This document shows, in pieces, positions 26,975 to 35,894 of a stretch of 64,000 nucleotides of DNA. The DNA lies in NCBI GenBank assembly GCA_014381545.1, contig JACNLL010000056.1, positions 26,846 through 90,845 on the forward strand, given 5' to 3'. A program made the position numbers and the translations under genes. The stretch's first letter is position 1; each line of letters opens with the position of its first letter. Below the pieces are notes generated by a model. It was not told where the DNA came from. It worked only from the letters and a program-made list of their open reading frames with translations, and searched no databases. The DNA is from Candidatus Desulfaltia bathyphila (GTDB lineage: Bacteria; Desulfobacterota; Desulfobacteria; Desulfobacterales; ETH-SRB1).

Positions 26975-28051
26975 ATGACTCAGCGAAATAGTAAAAAGGA
27001 TATGCATACTATTTTGCAGATAGCCAGAGCATTGGGGATGACCAGCGACCTGGATAGGCTGCTGAAAATGGTGGTTGATTGCTCGATGGAACTGCTGAAT
27101 GCCGAACGCGCAACGCTGTTTTTGTATGATAGTGAGCATGAAGAGCTTTATACGCATATTGCTGAGGGAGTTGAAGAATTTCGCATGTCGCTTAATGTGG
27201 GTTTTGCCGGGTTGGCTGCCCGCAATCTCAAGATAGTGAACTGTTCTGACGCCTATGCTGATGAGCGTTTCAACCGAGAGGTTGATGCCAGGACAGGCTA
27301 TCGAACGCGTAATATTTTGTCTTGTCCATTGACGGATTATAATGGCAAATTGGTCGGGGTATTGCAAATTCTGAACAAACGTGATGCAGCTTTTGATGAT
27401 AGCGACATTGAGATGGCAGAAGCGTTGTCAGCTCAGGCGGGAGTTGCATTGCAGCGAGCGAGGCTGATGGAAGAGTATCTGGAAAAGCAACGGCTGGAGC
27501 ATGCGATGGAAGTTGCCTGTGAGATCCAGCAAGAGATGCTGCCCAGTCAATCGCCTCCATTAGAAGGGTTTGATATTGCCTGCTGGAATCGGCCATGTGA
27601 TGCCACAGGAGGTGATTTTTGCGATTTCATCAGTCTTGACAAGAGGTGGTTGATGCTGAGCCTGGGTGATGTGAGCGGACATGGGATTGGGCCTGCGCTG
27701 GTTTCGTGTGTTACGCGGGCGATGTTCCGGGCGCTTTGGACTGATAATTGCGATATTGAAGAGGTAATACGCAAGGTTAACAGACTTATGAAAGATGATC
27801 TGCCGGATAATCGGTTTATAACAGCCTTTCTTGGAGTTCTCTATAGTGAAACCGGTCTGTTGCATTATTGCAGCGCCGGTCAAGCGCCAATATTATGGCT
27901 GCATGCCGATTCCGGTAATGTTGATGTTCTGGCAGCAAATACTTTCCCGATGGGAATATTGCCGGATATGAGAAATATTGAAACGCAAAAAGCGCTAATG
28001 CAGACAGGTGATGTTTTTGCCCTGCTAACTGAATGCGACCGCTATTCTTAA
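26975..28051 (+). CDS. GAF-domain PP2C/SpoIIE-family phosphatase, C-terminus disrupted
   Basis: GAF region (LDRLLKMVVDCSMELLNAERATLFLYD). PP2C/SpoIIE region (ACEIQQEMLP...GGDFCDF...GDVSGHGIGPAL...FITAF). The ORF ends ...FALLTECDRYS, while another frame encodes the expected tail ...AVEEFAATKQSDDLTAIIIKK. Confidence 0.75.
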   Translation: MTQRNSKKDMHTILQIARALGMTSDLDRLLKMVVDCSMELLNAERATLFLYDSEHEELYTHIAEGVEEFRMSLNVGFAGLAARNLKIVNCSDAYADERFNREVDARTGYRTRNILSCPLTDYNGKLVGVLQILNKRDAAFDDSDIEMAEALSAQAGVALQRARLMEEYLEKQRLEHAMEVACEIQQEMLPSQSPPLEGFDIACWNRPCDATGGDFCDFISLDKRWLMLSLGDVSGHGIGPALVSCVTRAMFRALWTDNCDIEEVIRKVNRLMKDDLPDNRFITAFLGVLYSETGLLHYCSAGQAPILWLHADSGNVDVLAANTFPMGILPDMRNIETQKALMQTGDVFALLTECDRYS

Positions 28052-28137
28052 AACAATCAGAACAGCGGTTGAGGAATTTGCAGCTACGAAACAGTCCGAT
28101 GACCTGACAGCGATAATTATTAAAAAAAGTTCGGGGC

Positions 28138-28215
28138 TGGCGTCCCCAACCGGATTTGAACCGGTGCTGCCGGCGTGAAAGGCCGGTGTCCTTGGCCAGG
28201 CTAGACGATGGGGAC
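28138..28215 (-). tRNA. tRNA-Glu (anticodon UUC), CCA encoded
   Basis: Reverse complement GTCCCCATCGTCTAGCCTGGCCAAGGACACCGGCCTTTCACGCCGGCAGCACCGGTTCAAATCCGGTTGGGGACGCCA folds as a cloverleaf. Acceptor GTCCCCA/TGGGGAC, anticodon stem CCGGC/GCCGG, T-arm ACCGG/CCGGT. Confidence 0.9.
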
Positions 28216-28220
28216 GCATA

Positions 28221-28279
28221 TCACGCTGCGCAAGCGCCCCTGCCGCGACGAGCGCGAGCACGGCGGGTGCGCTACGAGA
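28221..28279. repeat. GC-rich imperfect palindrome, copy B, filling the tRNA-Lys/tRNA-Glu spacer
   Basis: tcacgctgcgcaagcgcccctgccgcgacgagcgcgagcacggcgggtgcgctacgaga. It differs from 11198-11258 at only a few positions. Confidence 0.85.
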
Positions 28280-28355
28280 TGGTGGGCCGTGCGCGGCTCG
28301 AACGCGCGACTCTCTGCTTAAAAGGCAGATACTCTACCAGCTGAGTTAACGGCCC
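28280..28355 (-). tRNA. tRNA-Lys (anticodon UUU), CCA encoded
   Basis: Reverse complement GGGCCGTTAACTCAGCTGGTAGAGTATCTGCCTTTTAAGCAGAGAGTCGCGCGTTCGAGCCGCGCACGGCCCACCA. Acceptor GGGCCGT/ACGGCCC, anticodon stem TCTGC/GCAGA, T-arm GCGCG/CGCGC. Confidence 0.92.
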
Positions 28356-28419
28356 TATTGGAAAAATAGACATCTAATCACAAATTTCATTCTTGTCAAT
28401 AAAAATAGTTATATTACCC

Positions 28420-28569
28420 CAATTGAGCGAAACGCTCAATTGATAGTTGTCGGGTGCCAGGGATCAGGGATCGGCAAACTGAATTGAGCAGTTTTTTAGA
28501 TGCACATCTCTTACTGTTCCCTGAATACTGACCCCTGACCCCTTTCTAATTGAGCTTTGGCTCAATTAG
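28420..28569. repeat. Composite element: two related perfect 10-bp hairpins flanking a heptamer-word hairpin
   Basis: caattgagcg-aaa-cgctcaattg (28420-28442). cagggatcagggatc (28456-28474) faces ccctgaatactgacccctgacccc (28518-28543). ctaattgagc-tttg-gctcaattag (28546-28569). Confidence 0.75.
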
Positions 28570-28573
28570 AATA

Positions 28574-30022
28574 TTATTTGCGCCAGAATTCAGGCACAAG
28601 AAGTATTATTACCGTATAAATTTCGAGCCTTCCCAAAAGCATGCACCATATAAGCAGCCATTTGCCGGCAAATGGTATCTGCGCATAGTTGTCAGCCGGT
28701 CCGACAATCCCAAAACCAGGCCCTATGTTTCCGATAGTGGCTGCAACTGCGCCAAAAGAGGTAACAAAATCCACCCCCATGCCCGCGAGCAGGATAGCGC
28801 AAAAAGCAAAAAGGCTCATATAAAGGGCAAGAAACCCTAAAATACTTCTCATTATGTCATCTGAAACCGGCTTGCCTCCTATTTTTATTTGTTTAACCGC
28901 ATGTGGATGAATAAGGGAAAACAGCTCTTTGTAACAATACTTAAAACAAAGCATGACACGGATGCATTTCATACCTCCGCCTGTTGAACCTGCTGAGGCT
29001 CCCATAAACATGCAAAATAAAAGGATAAGCTGGGACATGGCAGGCCATTTTTCGTAATCGGCTGTCGCATAGCCAGTAGTCGTAACAATAGAGACTACCT
29101 GAAAAGCTCCAAAGCGCAATGCCTGGCCGATTTTTTCGTATATTGAGCCATAAACATTAAATGTCACGACAACAATCAACAAAAGAACAAAACCGAGAAA
29201 GAATCGACACTCTGAATTGCGCCAGAAAGCGAGTGGTTTCCCTCTGAGCATCTGGTAATGAAGCGAAAAATTTATTCCAGCAAGCAACATAAAGAAAATA
29301 ATTACAACATCAAAATATACGCTGTTGTAATGGGCAATTGAAGCGTTTTTTGTTGAAAATCCACCTGTCGGCATTGTTGTGAATGTATGACACAAGGCTT
29401 CATAAAGGTTCATTCCACCTATCAACAGGAGAACAACTTCTGCCAGAGAAATGATGGCATAAACCTTCCACAGCATCATGGCCGTGTCCCTTATTCGTGG
29501 CTTTAACTTGTCCGGGACAGGACCTGGTATCTCCGCTTTGTAAAGCTGCATGCCGCCGACCCCTAAAAACGGAAGGATAGCCACAGATAAGAGTATGATA
29601 CCCATACCGCCAAGCCACTGGATAAAGCTTCTCCAGAAAAGGAGCCCTTTTGATACAGCCTCTATGTTGGTTAAAATCGATGCTCCGGTTGTAGTAAACC
29701 CGGAAACCGATTCAAAAAAAGCATCCACAAAAGAGCTTACTTCGCCGCCCAGATAAAACGGTAATGCTCCGAACAGTCCTACAACCGTCCAGCCGACGGC
29801 CACGATTGCTATGCCTTCCCGCTGGCTGATGAATTCCGCCCTGGTTTTCCTGAAAGATATGTATAATAAAAAGCCTGAACATATCGTTATGCCAATAGAC
29901 TTTAAAATGGGAATAACGCTTTGGTCATTGAAGTAAAGGCCGACAATAAGGGGCAATATCATGGTCAGCCCCAAAAAAATGGTCAACAGGCCAACAATGG
30001 TAAGTATATAACGCCAGCGCAT
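28574..30022 (-). CDS. trkH: Trk-type potassium uptake protein TrkH
   Basis: 482-aa polytopic membrane protein with repeated M1-P-M2 segments (TTTGAS, TTGY, GSTGGG-type filter glycines). Adjacent to trkA. Confidence 0.9.
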   Translation of the reverse strand: MRWRYILTIVGLLTIFLGLTMILPLIVGLYFNDQSVIPILKSIGITICSGFLLYISFRKTRAEFISQREGIAIVAVGWTVVGLFGALPFYLGGEVSSFVDAFFESVSGFTTTGASILTNIEAVSKGLLFWRSFIQWLGGMGIILLSVAILPFLGVGGMQLYKAEIPGPVPDKLKPRIRDTAMMLWKVYAIISLAEVVLLLIGGMNLYEALCHTFTTMPTGGFSTKNASIAHYNSVYFDVVIIFFMLLAGINFSLHYQMLRGKPLAFWRNSECRFFLGFVLLLIVVVTFNVYGSIYEKIGQALRFGAFQVVSIVTTTGYATADYEKWPAMSQLILLFCMFMGASAGSTGGGMKCIRVMLCFKYCYKELFSLIHPHAVKQIKIGGKPVSDDIMRSILGFLALYMSLFAFCAILLAGMGVDFVTSFGAVAATIGNIGPGFGIVGPADNYAQIPFAGKWLLIWCMLLGRLEIYTVIILLVPEFWRK

Positions 30023-31387
30023 TTAAAAATACTCCAGTTTAACTGCGAGGATTTTCTCAACCTTCGGGACGGCTTGTTTTCTTGCAAATATTATTATCAT
30101 GTCACCGGGATTTACAATGGAATCGCCGGTAGGAATAACAAAATTCTCTTCGCGTATTATGCCGGCGACAAGCGCCCCTTTTGGAAAGAAAATATTCTTT
30201 AGAGGTTTGCCCACTATGTCTGAAGTTTCAAGAGCCACCGCCTCCATAAATTCAGCCTGCTCACCTTTAATTGATATGGAGGAAAGCACTTTGCCGCGAC
30301 GAATATGCTGCAAAATTGTATTGATCGCAGAAAGTCGGGGGCTGACAACCTGTTCAATCCCGATGGTCGACATCAAGGGGAAATAGCTGAACTTGCTGAT
30401 CTTTGTGATTGTTTTGCGTGCCCCCATTTGTTTGGCTAAAAGCGAAGCTAAAATATTAATCTCCTCATCGTCTGTCAGCGTAACAACCACATCAACATCC
30501 TGGATATTTTCCTCTTTCAGGAGTTCCTGGTCGGAACCGTCTCCATGAAGCACAACAACCTTATTCAATCGCTCGGCTAACTTGGCACATCGGTCGGGAT
30601 TTTTTTCAATTATTTTGGTATAAATAGATTTTTCATCAAGTAATCTGGCAAGTCTTATTCCTATTTTTCCTCCTCCTATTATAAGAACGCGTTGCACAGG
30701 CTCTGCATGCTTATCAAAAACAGCCAGAGTATCTAATAATTTTTCTTCTTCACAAATAAAATATACAAGGTCGCCGGCCAATAACGCGTCATCTCCACTG
30801 GGGATAATCAGCTTTTCCTCACGGATAACGGCAACAATAAGAGGCCTTTGTTTTTCTGATATGCTGAAAAGCTCTGAGAGACGGGTCCCGGCTAATCGCG
30901 CATCCTTATCTAAACGAATTGCGATAAATTTGATGCGACCATCTGCAAATTCTCCGACATCGACGACACCTGGCATATTCATCATTCTGTCAATTGTTTT
31001 TACAACCTCGATCTCAGGGTTGATTAATGTGTCTATATGAGGAGCATATTTACGGAAATTATCATGGTATTGATCGAAATCAGCATTCCGTACACGGGCA
31101 AGCTTTTTTGTTGATGGAGAAAGTATGTCCGCTACAAGACATGCCACAAGATTTGCTTCATCGCTATTCGTTACGGCAAGGAGTATCTCAGCATCTTTGA
31201 GGCCTGCTTCATCCAGTGATATCGGGCTGCTTCCCGACCCGTTTACAACCTGGGCATCTATATTATCAGATACGCGACGGATTGCTTCATGATCTTTGTC
31301 AATAACAACCACATCTTTGTTTTCATTAACCAGGCGGCTGGCAACATTAAAACCAACCTCGCCTGCGCCTATAATTACTACTTTCAA
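30023..31387 (-). CDS. trkA: Trk system potassium uptake protein TrkA
   Basis: Two Rossmann NAD-binding motifs (VVIIGAGEVG and VLIIGGGKIG), each followed by an RCK_C-like region. Confidence 0.9.
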   Translation of the reverse strand: MKVVIIGAGEVGFNVASRLVNENKDVVVIDKDHEAIRRVSDNIDAQVVNGSGSSPISLDEAGLKDAEILLAVTNSDEANLVACLVADILSPSTKKLARVRNADFDQYHDNFRKYAPHIDTLINPEIEVVKTIDRMMNMPGVVDVGEFADGRIKFIAIRLDKDARLAGTRLSELFSISEKQRPLIVAVIREEKLIIPSGDDALLAGDLVYFICEEEKLLDTLAVFDKHAEPVQRVLIIGGGKIGIRLARLLDEKSIYTKIIEKNPDRCAKLAERLNKVVVLHGDGSDQELLKEENIQDVDVVVTLTDDEEINILASLLAKQMGARKTITKISKFSYFPLMSTIGIEQVVSPRLSAINTILQHIRRGKVLSSISIKGEQAEFMEAVALETSDIVGKPLKNIFFPKGALVAGIIREENFVIPTGDSIVNPGDMIIIFARKQAVPKVEKILAVKLEYF

Positions 31388-31454
31388 TTATAAATACTCC
31401 TTTACGAAACATAATTAGTGCCTGGACGAAAACCTTCCAAATTACACTTTTCCT

Positions 31455-31539
31455 GTCATTGCGAGGGAGGCACGACCGAAGCAATCTCCAGGAAACAAGG
31501 GGATTGCTTCGTCGTTCGTTCCTCACTCCTCGCAATGAC
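31455..31539. repeat. REP-like palindrome (GTCATTGCGAGG...CCTCGCAATGAC)
   Basis: gtcattgcgagggaggcacgaccgaagcaatc pairs with gattgcttcgtcgttcgttcctcactcctcgcaatgac. Confidence 0.7.
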
Positions 31540-31604
31540 CGCTCGGAACCAGTGGTTTTCCTTCAGACAATATTTAATCTTGAGATGGTTTACTACAGAT
31601 AGGC

Positions 31605-32366
31605 TTATGTGTCAATTATTGACAACAGGATGCTCAGACAAATGACCCCAAAAAGGGTTATCCAGTCGCTTTTAGCTGATAAAAGGGCTTTGTTTGTCCG
31701 TTTTTCTGAGTAACACCTTGCTTCCATGGCAACGGCGAGTTTATCAGCCTTTTTAAAGGTTCTAATCATAAGCGGGATTATTAGTTTTATTAATCGATAC
31801 ACCGGATTTTTTCTGTTTTCCACTCCCCGTGATCGCTGCGCATCAATAGTCTCCCTTGCCTGGTCAAGAATAAGAGGAACAAAACGCATGATCAAGCTCA
31901 TCATGGTTGCAACCCTTTTCCCGGGAATAAATGGAAAAGGCATCAAAAACCACTCTACTGCGGTTCTGATGTCCGACGGTCTGGTTGTTGAAACAAATAT
32001 CAACCCAAACAAAACAACAATCAGAAGTCGCCAGCAAATAAGGGCTCCGTCATATATTCCCTGCCATGCAACAGCCGATTCTTTAAAATCAACTACAGGT
32101 GATGCGGAGGTAAACATGGCTCTAACTATAAATATAAAAACAAGCAGAACAAAAAAATAGCGAAGTTCTTTTAAAATTGATTTAAATGGCAGACAACTTA
32201 TTAATATTGCATAAAAAATCACAAGGGTTAAAACAGAAAGGGCCGACGGATAAGCTTTAAAACTCGAAATACTGATTAAAACAAAAGATAAAATTTTAAA
32301 TCGTACATCTAAAGTATGCAGCAATGAAGTCCCTGGACGAAAATGAAAAGCGGTCAATTCAGCCAT
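31605..32366 (-). CDS. bioN: ECF transporter transmembrane (T) component, BioN/EcfT/CbiQ family
   Basis: MAELTAFHFRPGTSLLHTLDVRFK start is typical of CbiQ/EcfT. Multi-TM. Follows the ECF ATPase and bioY. Start moved from 32399. Confidence 0.75.
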   Translation of the reverse strand: MAELTAFHFRPGTSLLHTLDVRFKILSFVLISISSFKAYPSALSVLTLVIFYAILISCLPFKSILKELRYFFVLLVFIFIVRAMFTSASPVVDFKESAVAWQGIYDGALICWRLLIVVLFGLIFVSTTRPSDIRTAVEWFLMPFPFIPGKRVATMMSLIMRFVPLILDQARETIDAQRSRGVENRKNPVYRLIKLIIPLMIRTFKKADKLAVAMEARCYSEKRTNKALLSAKSDWITLFGVICLSILLSIIDT

Positions 32367-33103
32367 GATTCTATCTCCATGCCCAGACGGGAAGCGCACG
32401 GCTCTCTTACACCAAACGCTTCAACATCCTTAATTATCATTTCAGGCGCATTGTCCATTACAACCTTTCCATCACTTATTATTAGCAGTCGGTCGGCATG
32501 TGCTATAACCTTTTCCAGATCATGCGTTGCTATCAGTATGGTATGGCCCGCCTTGTGCAGCAAAAGAGTCTGATGTAAAAGCTGCCTTACTCCCGGGTAG
32601 TCAAGATCTGAAAACGGCTCGTCAAAAACCAGAATCCTTGGCTCCATAGCAAGAATACCGGCCACGGCAAGCCTCCGCTTTTCTCCACCCGAAAGCAGGT
32701 GTGGTCTTTGATCGGCAATATCTATCAAGTCTACAACTTCCAATGATTTTATTACCCGCCTTTTAACCTCGCATTCATTAAGACAGAGATTTTCCGGGCC
32801 AAACGCGACATCATCAAATACTGTTTCACCTACTATCTGGCTGTCTGCATCCTGAAAAACCATGCCAACCATCTGTCTTGCCCTTGGTATGTCCCGTGAT
32901 ACAGAAACTCCGCCCAGCCTGACCGCTCCTGTATCGGGCAAAAGAAGTCCGTTTAAATGCCGCAAAAAGGTGGTTTTGCCGGAACCGTTCCTGCCGGCAA
33001 TGACTACAAATTCCCCTTCTTGAATACTAAGGGTTATACCCTCTATGCCTATAGTTCCGTCTGAAAAGCGATGGCTGAGATTTGTTACTTCAATAATATT
33101 CAT
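32354..33103 (-). CDS. bioM: ECF transporter ATPase, BioM/EcfA/CbiO family
   Basis: Intact Walker A GRNGSGKTT, signature LSGGEKRR, Walker B ILVFDEP, H-loop ATHD. Start moved to MNIIEV because the longer ORF reads through a hairpin repeat. Confidence 0.85.
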   Translation of the reverse strand: MNIIEVTNLSHRFSDGTIGIEGITLSIQEGEFVVIAGRNGSGKTTFLRHLNGLLLPDTGAVRLGGVSVSRDIPRARQMVGMVFQDADSQIVGETVFDDVAFGPENLCLNECEVKRRVIKSLEVVDLIDIADQRPHLLSGGEKRRLAVAGILAMEPRILVFDEPFSDLDYPGVRQLLHQTLLLHKAGHTILIATHDLEKVIAHADRLLIISDGKVVMDNAPEMIIKDVEAFGVREPCASRLGMEIESWLN

Positions 33104-33116
33104 TAGACCCCTTAAA

Positions 33117-33300
33117 AGATGAACGTCCAACATCGAACATTGAACGTCGAATAATGATGTCGCTCCGCTCCTCAAATTATTTTAAAATCGAATAAAAAAA
33201 TCAATGCCGAACCTTGAATGACTATTTTTCTGTTTCTTTTCAGATGTTCATCTTTTCCCATTCAACATTCGATGTTGGACGTTCGATGTTCGATGTTCAT
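33117..33300. repeat. Heptamer-periodic inverted repeat with about 100-nt spacer
   Basis: gatgaac/gtccaac/atcgaac/attgaac/gtcgaat (33117-33156) faces cattcaa/cattcga/tgttgga/cgttcga/tgttcga/tgttcat (33259-33300). An additional TAATCC word run lies at 33335-33362. Confidence 0.75.
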
Positions 33301-33345
33301 TTTTTTCAGTCCCTCCTGGGCAAAAACAACTTAGCGCTTAATCCC

Positions 33346-33888
33346 CTAATCCTTAATCCTCATTATTGGCCGCAATGCCTTTGCAATAGGAATCGCTGCC
33401 GCAATCTTCAGGGCATCGCCTAAGATAAAAGGATACATCCCCACAATTAGTGTTTTAGCGAGAGTCATGCCGGTTAACAGTTTAAGCCAGGAAAGGCCGC
33501 ATGCATAAATGACAACTGATCCGCAACACATTGCGATTACATCAAAAGCAGCATGCCGGCCTGTTTTCTCCGTAATCAGGCCGATAATATATACAGCCGG
33601 AAGATACCCAAAAAGGTAGCCCCCGGTCGGCCCCAGCAATCGTCCTATCCCGCCTGTTCCACCCGCAAAGACTGGGAAACCGCAGGCTCCGGCCAAAAGA
33701 TATACCCCAACACTTGCAAGGCCCATTCTACTTCCCAATAAAAGGCCTGCAAGAAATATAAATAAATTCTGAAGGACGATGGGAACCGGGCCTATGGGTA
33801 TTGAAAGGTATGCGCCTGCAGCGGTTAAGGCTGCAAAAAGTGAAGCATATGCTGTTTTGCGAAGCTGTATGGAATGATTTGTATTCAT
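33346..33888 (-). CDS. bioY: Biotin transporter substrate-binding (S) component BioY
   Basis: 180-aa, 6-TM protein. LSIPIGPVPIVLQNLFIFLAGLLLG and GPTGGYLFGY are BioY hallmarks. Translationally coupled to birA. Confidence 0.85.
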   Translation of the reverse strand: MNTNHSIQLRKTAYASLFAALTAAGAYLSIPIGPVPIVLQNLFIFLAGLLLGSRMGLASVGVYLLAGACGFPVFAGGTGGIGRLLGPTGGYLFGYLPAVYIIGLITEKTGRHAAFDVIAMCCGSVVIYACGLSWLKLLTGMTLAKTLIVGMYPFILGDALKIAAAIPIAKALRPIMRIKD

Positions 33889-34805
33889 ATGTGAAAACAG
33901 TCACCGTATATAACCTTTTTAATTGATCCGTCTGCGAGTTCTAATATCAGCGTTCCGTTTTCATCCACATCTATTGCGACCCCTTCAGATATATCATGAC
34001 TTGTTACTACCTTTACGCGCCGGTTAAGAGTTATTGTATATTTTTTCCATTCAGGGATTACGTTGTCAAGGTTCACATTATTAATGTAGCTTTCGAATTT
34101 ATCCAGAAACTCAGAAAGGAGCTGTTTTCTTGATATTTTTTTGCCAAGAATACACCTTAATGACGTGGCAGCGGGTTCTTTGGCGGCTGGATCGTTATTC
34201 ACATTTATACCAAAACCGATATTTAGAAAAGAGACCATATCCGATTCCGCCTCTATTTCAGACAGCATCCCGGAGATCTTTCTGTTATTGACCAGTATGT
34301 CGTTTGGCCACTTGACCATGGCATCAATACAAAACATTTGACGTAACAATTGAGCAAGAACAAGTGAGGCTGCAAAATTGAGCCTCAGACTTAATACAGG
34401 AGGTATCTGCGGCCTGAGCACGATGGTAAAATAAAGCCCACCTTCTGAAGAATGCCAGATCCTCTTTAAACGACCTCTGCCCTTTTTCTGGCATCCGGCT
34501 ATTATAACAGTAAAATGTGAACATCCCTTCCTGGCAAACTCTCCGGCAACATCCATTGTTGATGTTACTTTGGGGAAAAAGTGGATTTTTGATTCTCTAT
34601 CTGGAAATTCCCATGGGAAAAGGGCATCAATAGAGTCTATAAGCCGGTATCCCGTTGTGGTTGCAATAATATTATATCCAAGTTCCTGAAGTTTGCGGAC
34701 ATGTTTCCATATAGAAACTCTTGATACCCCAAGCTCAGAGCTAAGCGCCTCGCCTGAAACAATCCTTTTTTCTCTTTTGAATATTTTAAGTATCTGCCCC
34801 TTCAT
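33885..34805 (-). CDS. birA: Bifunctional biotin-[acetyl-CoA-carboxylase] ligase / bio operon repressor BirA
   Basis: N-terminal HTH (SGEALSSELGVSRVSIWKHVRKLQELG). Ligase core GRGRLKRIWHS, KWPNDI. Confidence 0.9.
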   Translation of the reverse strand: MKGQILKIFKREKRIVSGEALSSELGVSRVSIWKHVRKLQELGYNIIATTTGYRLIDSIDALFPWEFPDRESKIHFFPKVTSTMDVAGEFARKGCSHFTVIIAGCQKKGRGRLKRIWHSSEGGLYFTIVLRPQIPPVLSLRLNFAASLVLAQLLRQMFCIDAMVKWPNDILVNNRKISGMLSEIEAESDMVSFLNIGFGINVNNDPAAKEPAATSLRCILGKKISRKQLLSEFLDKFESYINNVNLDNVIPEWKKYTITLNRRVKVVTSHDISEGVAIDVDENGTLILELADGSIKKVIYGDCFHI

Positions 34806-35054
34806 GTTTGGTTAACCGTTTAAGTTTGTTAGGATAACGAAATGCGGGCTATTTGTCAATAATATTTGACGGGCGCAAAATCTAATATAAATTTGAGCAA
34901 ATGTAACAGTTCAGCCACCAAGACAAAGTCACAAAGGAGGGATATGATTGATTACTCAAAACCTATATCGGATTTTGGGATAAAATTTTAGGTTGACTGT
35001 TTCATTTATCTGACCTAATTACTAAAGATTCGTTGCAGCTTATTGGAGCAAAGC

Positions 35055-35110
35055 GTAAATCCCGTCTCGCGGGGCTGCAGTCCCGCTTTCGGGCGGGATT
35101 CGATCATAAG
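35055..35110. repeat. Inverted copy of the CCTTAYGRTCGAATCCCGC repeat family
   Basis: The reverse complement ccttatgatcgaatcccgcccgaaagcgggactgcagccccgcgagacggg parallels 26888-26935. Confidence 0.6.
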
Positions 35111-35123
35111 GAAAGCGGATAAT

Positions 35124-35873
35124 ATGCCCTTTTTAATCGCCCTTGCAGGAAAGGGAGGTACAGGAAAAACAACTTTAGCGGGTATGCTGATTAAATATTT
35201 AGTCGGCAAGGGAAAAACCCCTGTCCTTGCGATAGATGCCGATTCCAATGCTAACTTAAATGATGTGCTTGGCCTTGAAGTTGCCGACACGCTCGGTAAT
35301 GCCCGCGAAGAGATGAAAAACGGCAACGTCCCCATCAGTATGAGCAAGAATGTTTTTATGTCAATGAAACTGGAACGTGCTATAGTTGAAGCAGACGGAT
35401 ATGACCTGTTGGTTATGGGACGGCCTGAAGGGGCGGGCTGTTATTGTGCTGCAAATAATCTTCTTGCAGGATTTATGGACCGGCTAAGCGACAATTATCC
35501 TTATATTGTCATGGATAATGAGGCTGGGATGGAACATATAAGCCGGCTTACCACAAAAAATGTTGATCTCCTTCTTGTTGTTTCCGATACATCAAGACGC
35601 GGTCTTCAGACTGCCTCAAGAATCAATGAACTCGCAAAAGATCTCAGCGTAGTGACCGGCAAAAGCTATCTTGTTCTAAACAGAGCAAATGAGGCTTTAC
35701 CCGATCCGACCCGTAATATGATTAAAAATGAAGGTCTTGAGCTTGTGGGGATAATACCTGAGGATAGTGCGGTATACGAATATGACTTAAATGGACGTCC
35801 GACGATCGAACTGCCACATGATAATCGGGCCGTAAAAGCGGCATTTATGATATTTGATACAATTATCAACTAA
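35124..35873 (+). CDS. CooC/AcsF-type P-loop ATPase (nickel-enzyme maturation family)
   Basis: MPFLIALAGKGGTGKTT deviant Walker A. CxC motif GAGCYCAANN. Start moved from 35043 because the upstream part is a repeat. Confidence 0.65.
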   Translation: MPFLIALAGKGGTGKTTLAGMLIKYLVGKGKTPVLAIDADSNANLNDVLGLEVADTLGNAREEMKNGNVPISMSKNVFMSMKLERAIVEADGYDLLVMGRPEGAGCYCAANNLLAGFMDRLSDNYPYIVMDNEAGMEHISRLTTKNVDLLLVVSDTSRRGLQTASRINELAKDLSVVTGKSYLVLNRANEALPDPTRNMIKNEGLELVGIIPEDSAVYEYDLNGRPTIELPHDNRAVKAAFMIFDTIIN

Positions 35874-35894
35874 CCGCAATTTGAAGAAAAGTAT

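Noticed and set aside
28138-28355. tRNA-associated integrative element or genomic island
   Set aside because: No integrase, recombinase or direct repeat of a tRNA 3' end is visible in the window. Only small non-coding repeats and a damaged phosphatase gene flank the tRNAs.
32354-33175. Longest-ORF N-terminal extensions (also 35043, 9342, 26345, 16369, 32399 and 36904)
   Set aside because: The extensions translate hairpin or REP repeats or lack homology. Internal Met codons give canonical N-termini (MNIIEV, MPFLIALAGKGG, MQPHEIIK, MITGCSFG, MKKIALLYPL, MAELTAFHF, MFVSKSM).
34809-34880. BirA operator upstream of birA (GGTTAACC... and TTTGTCAATAATATTTGAC)
   Set aside because: Only weak, asymmetric dyads were found. 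I cannot match them to a known bioO half-site from memory, so no feature was called.
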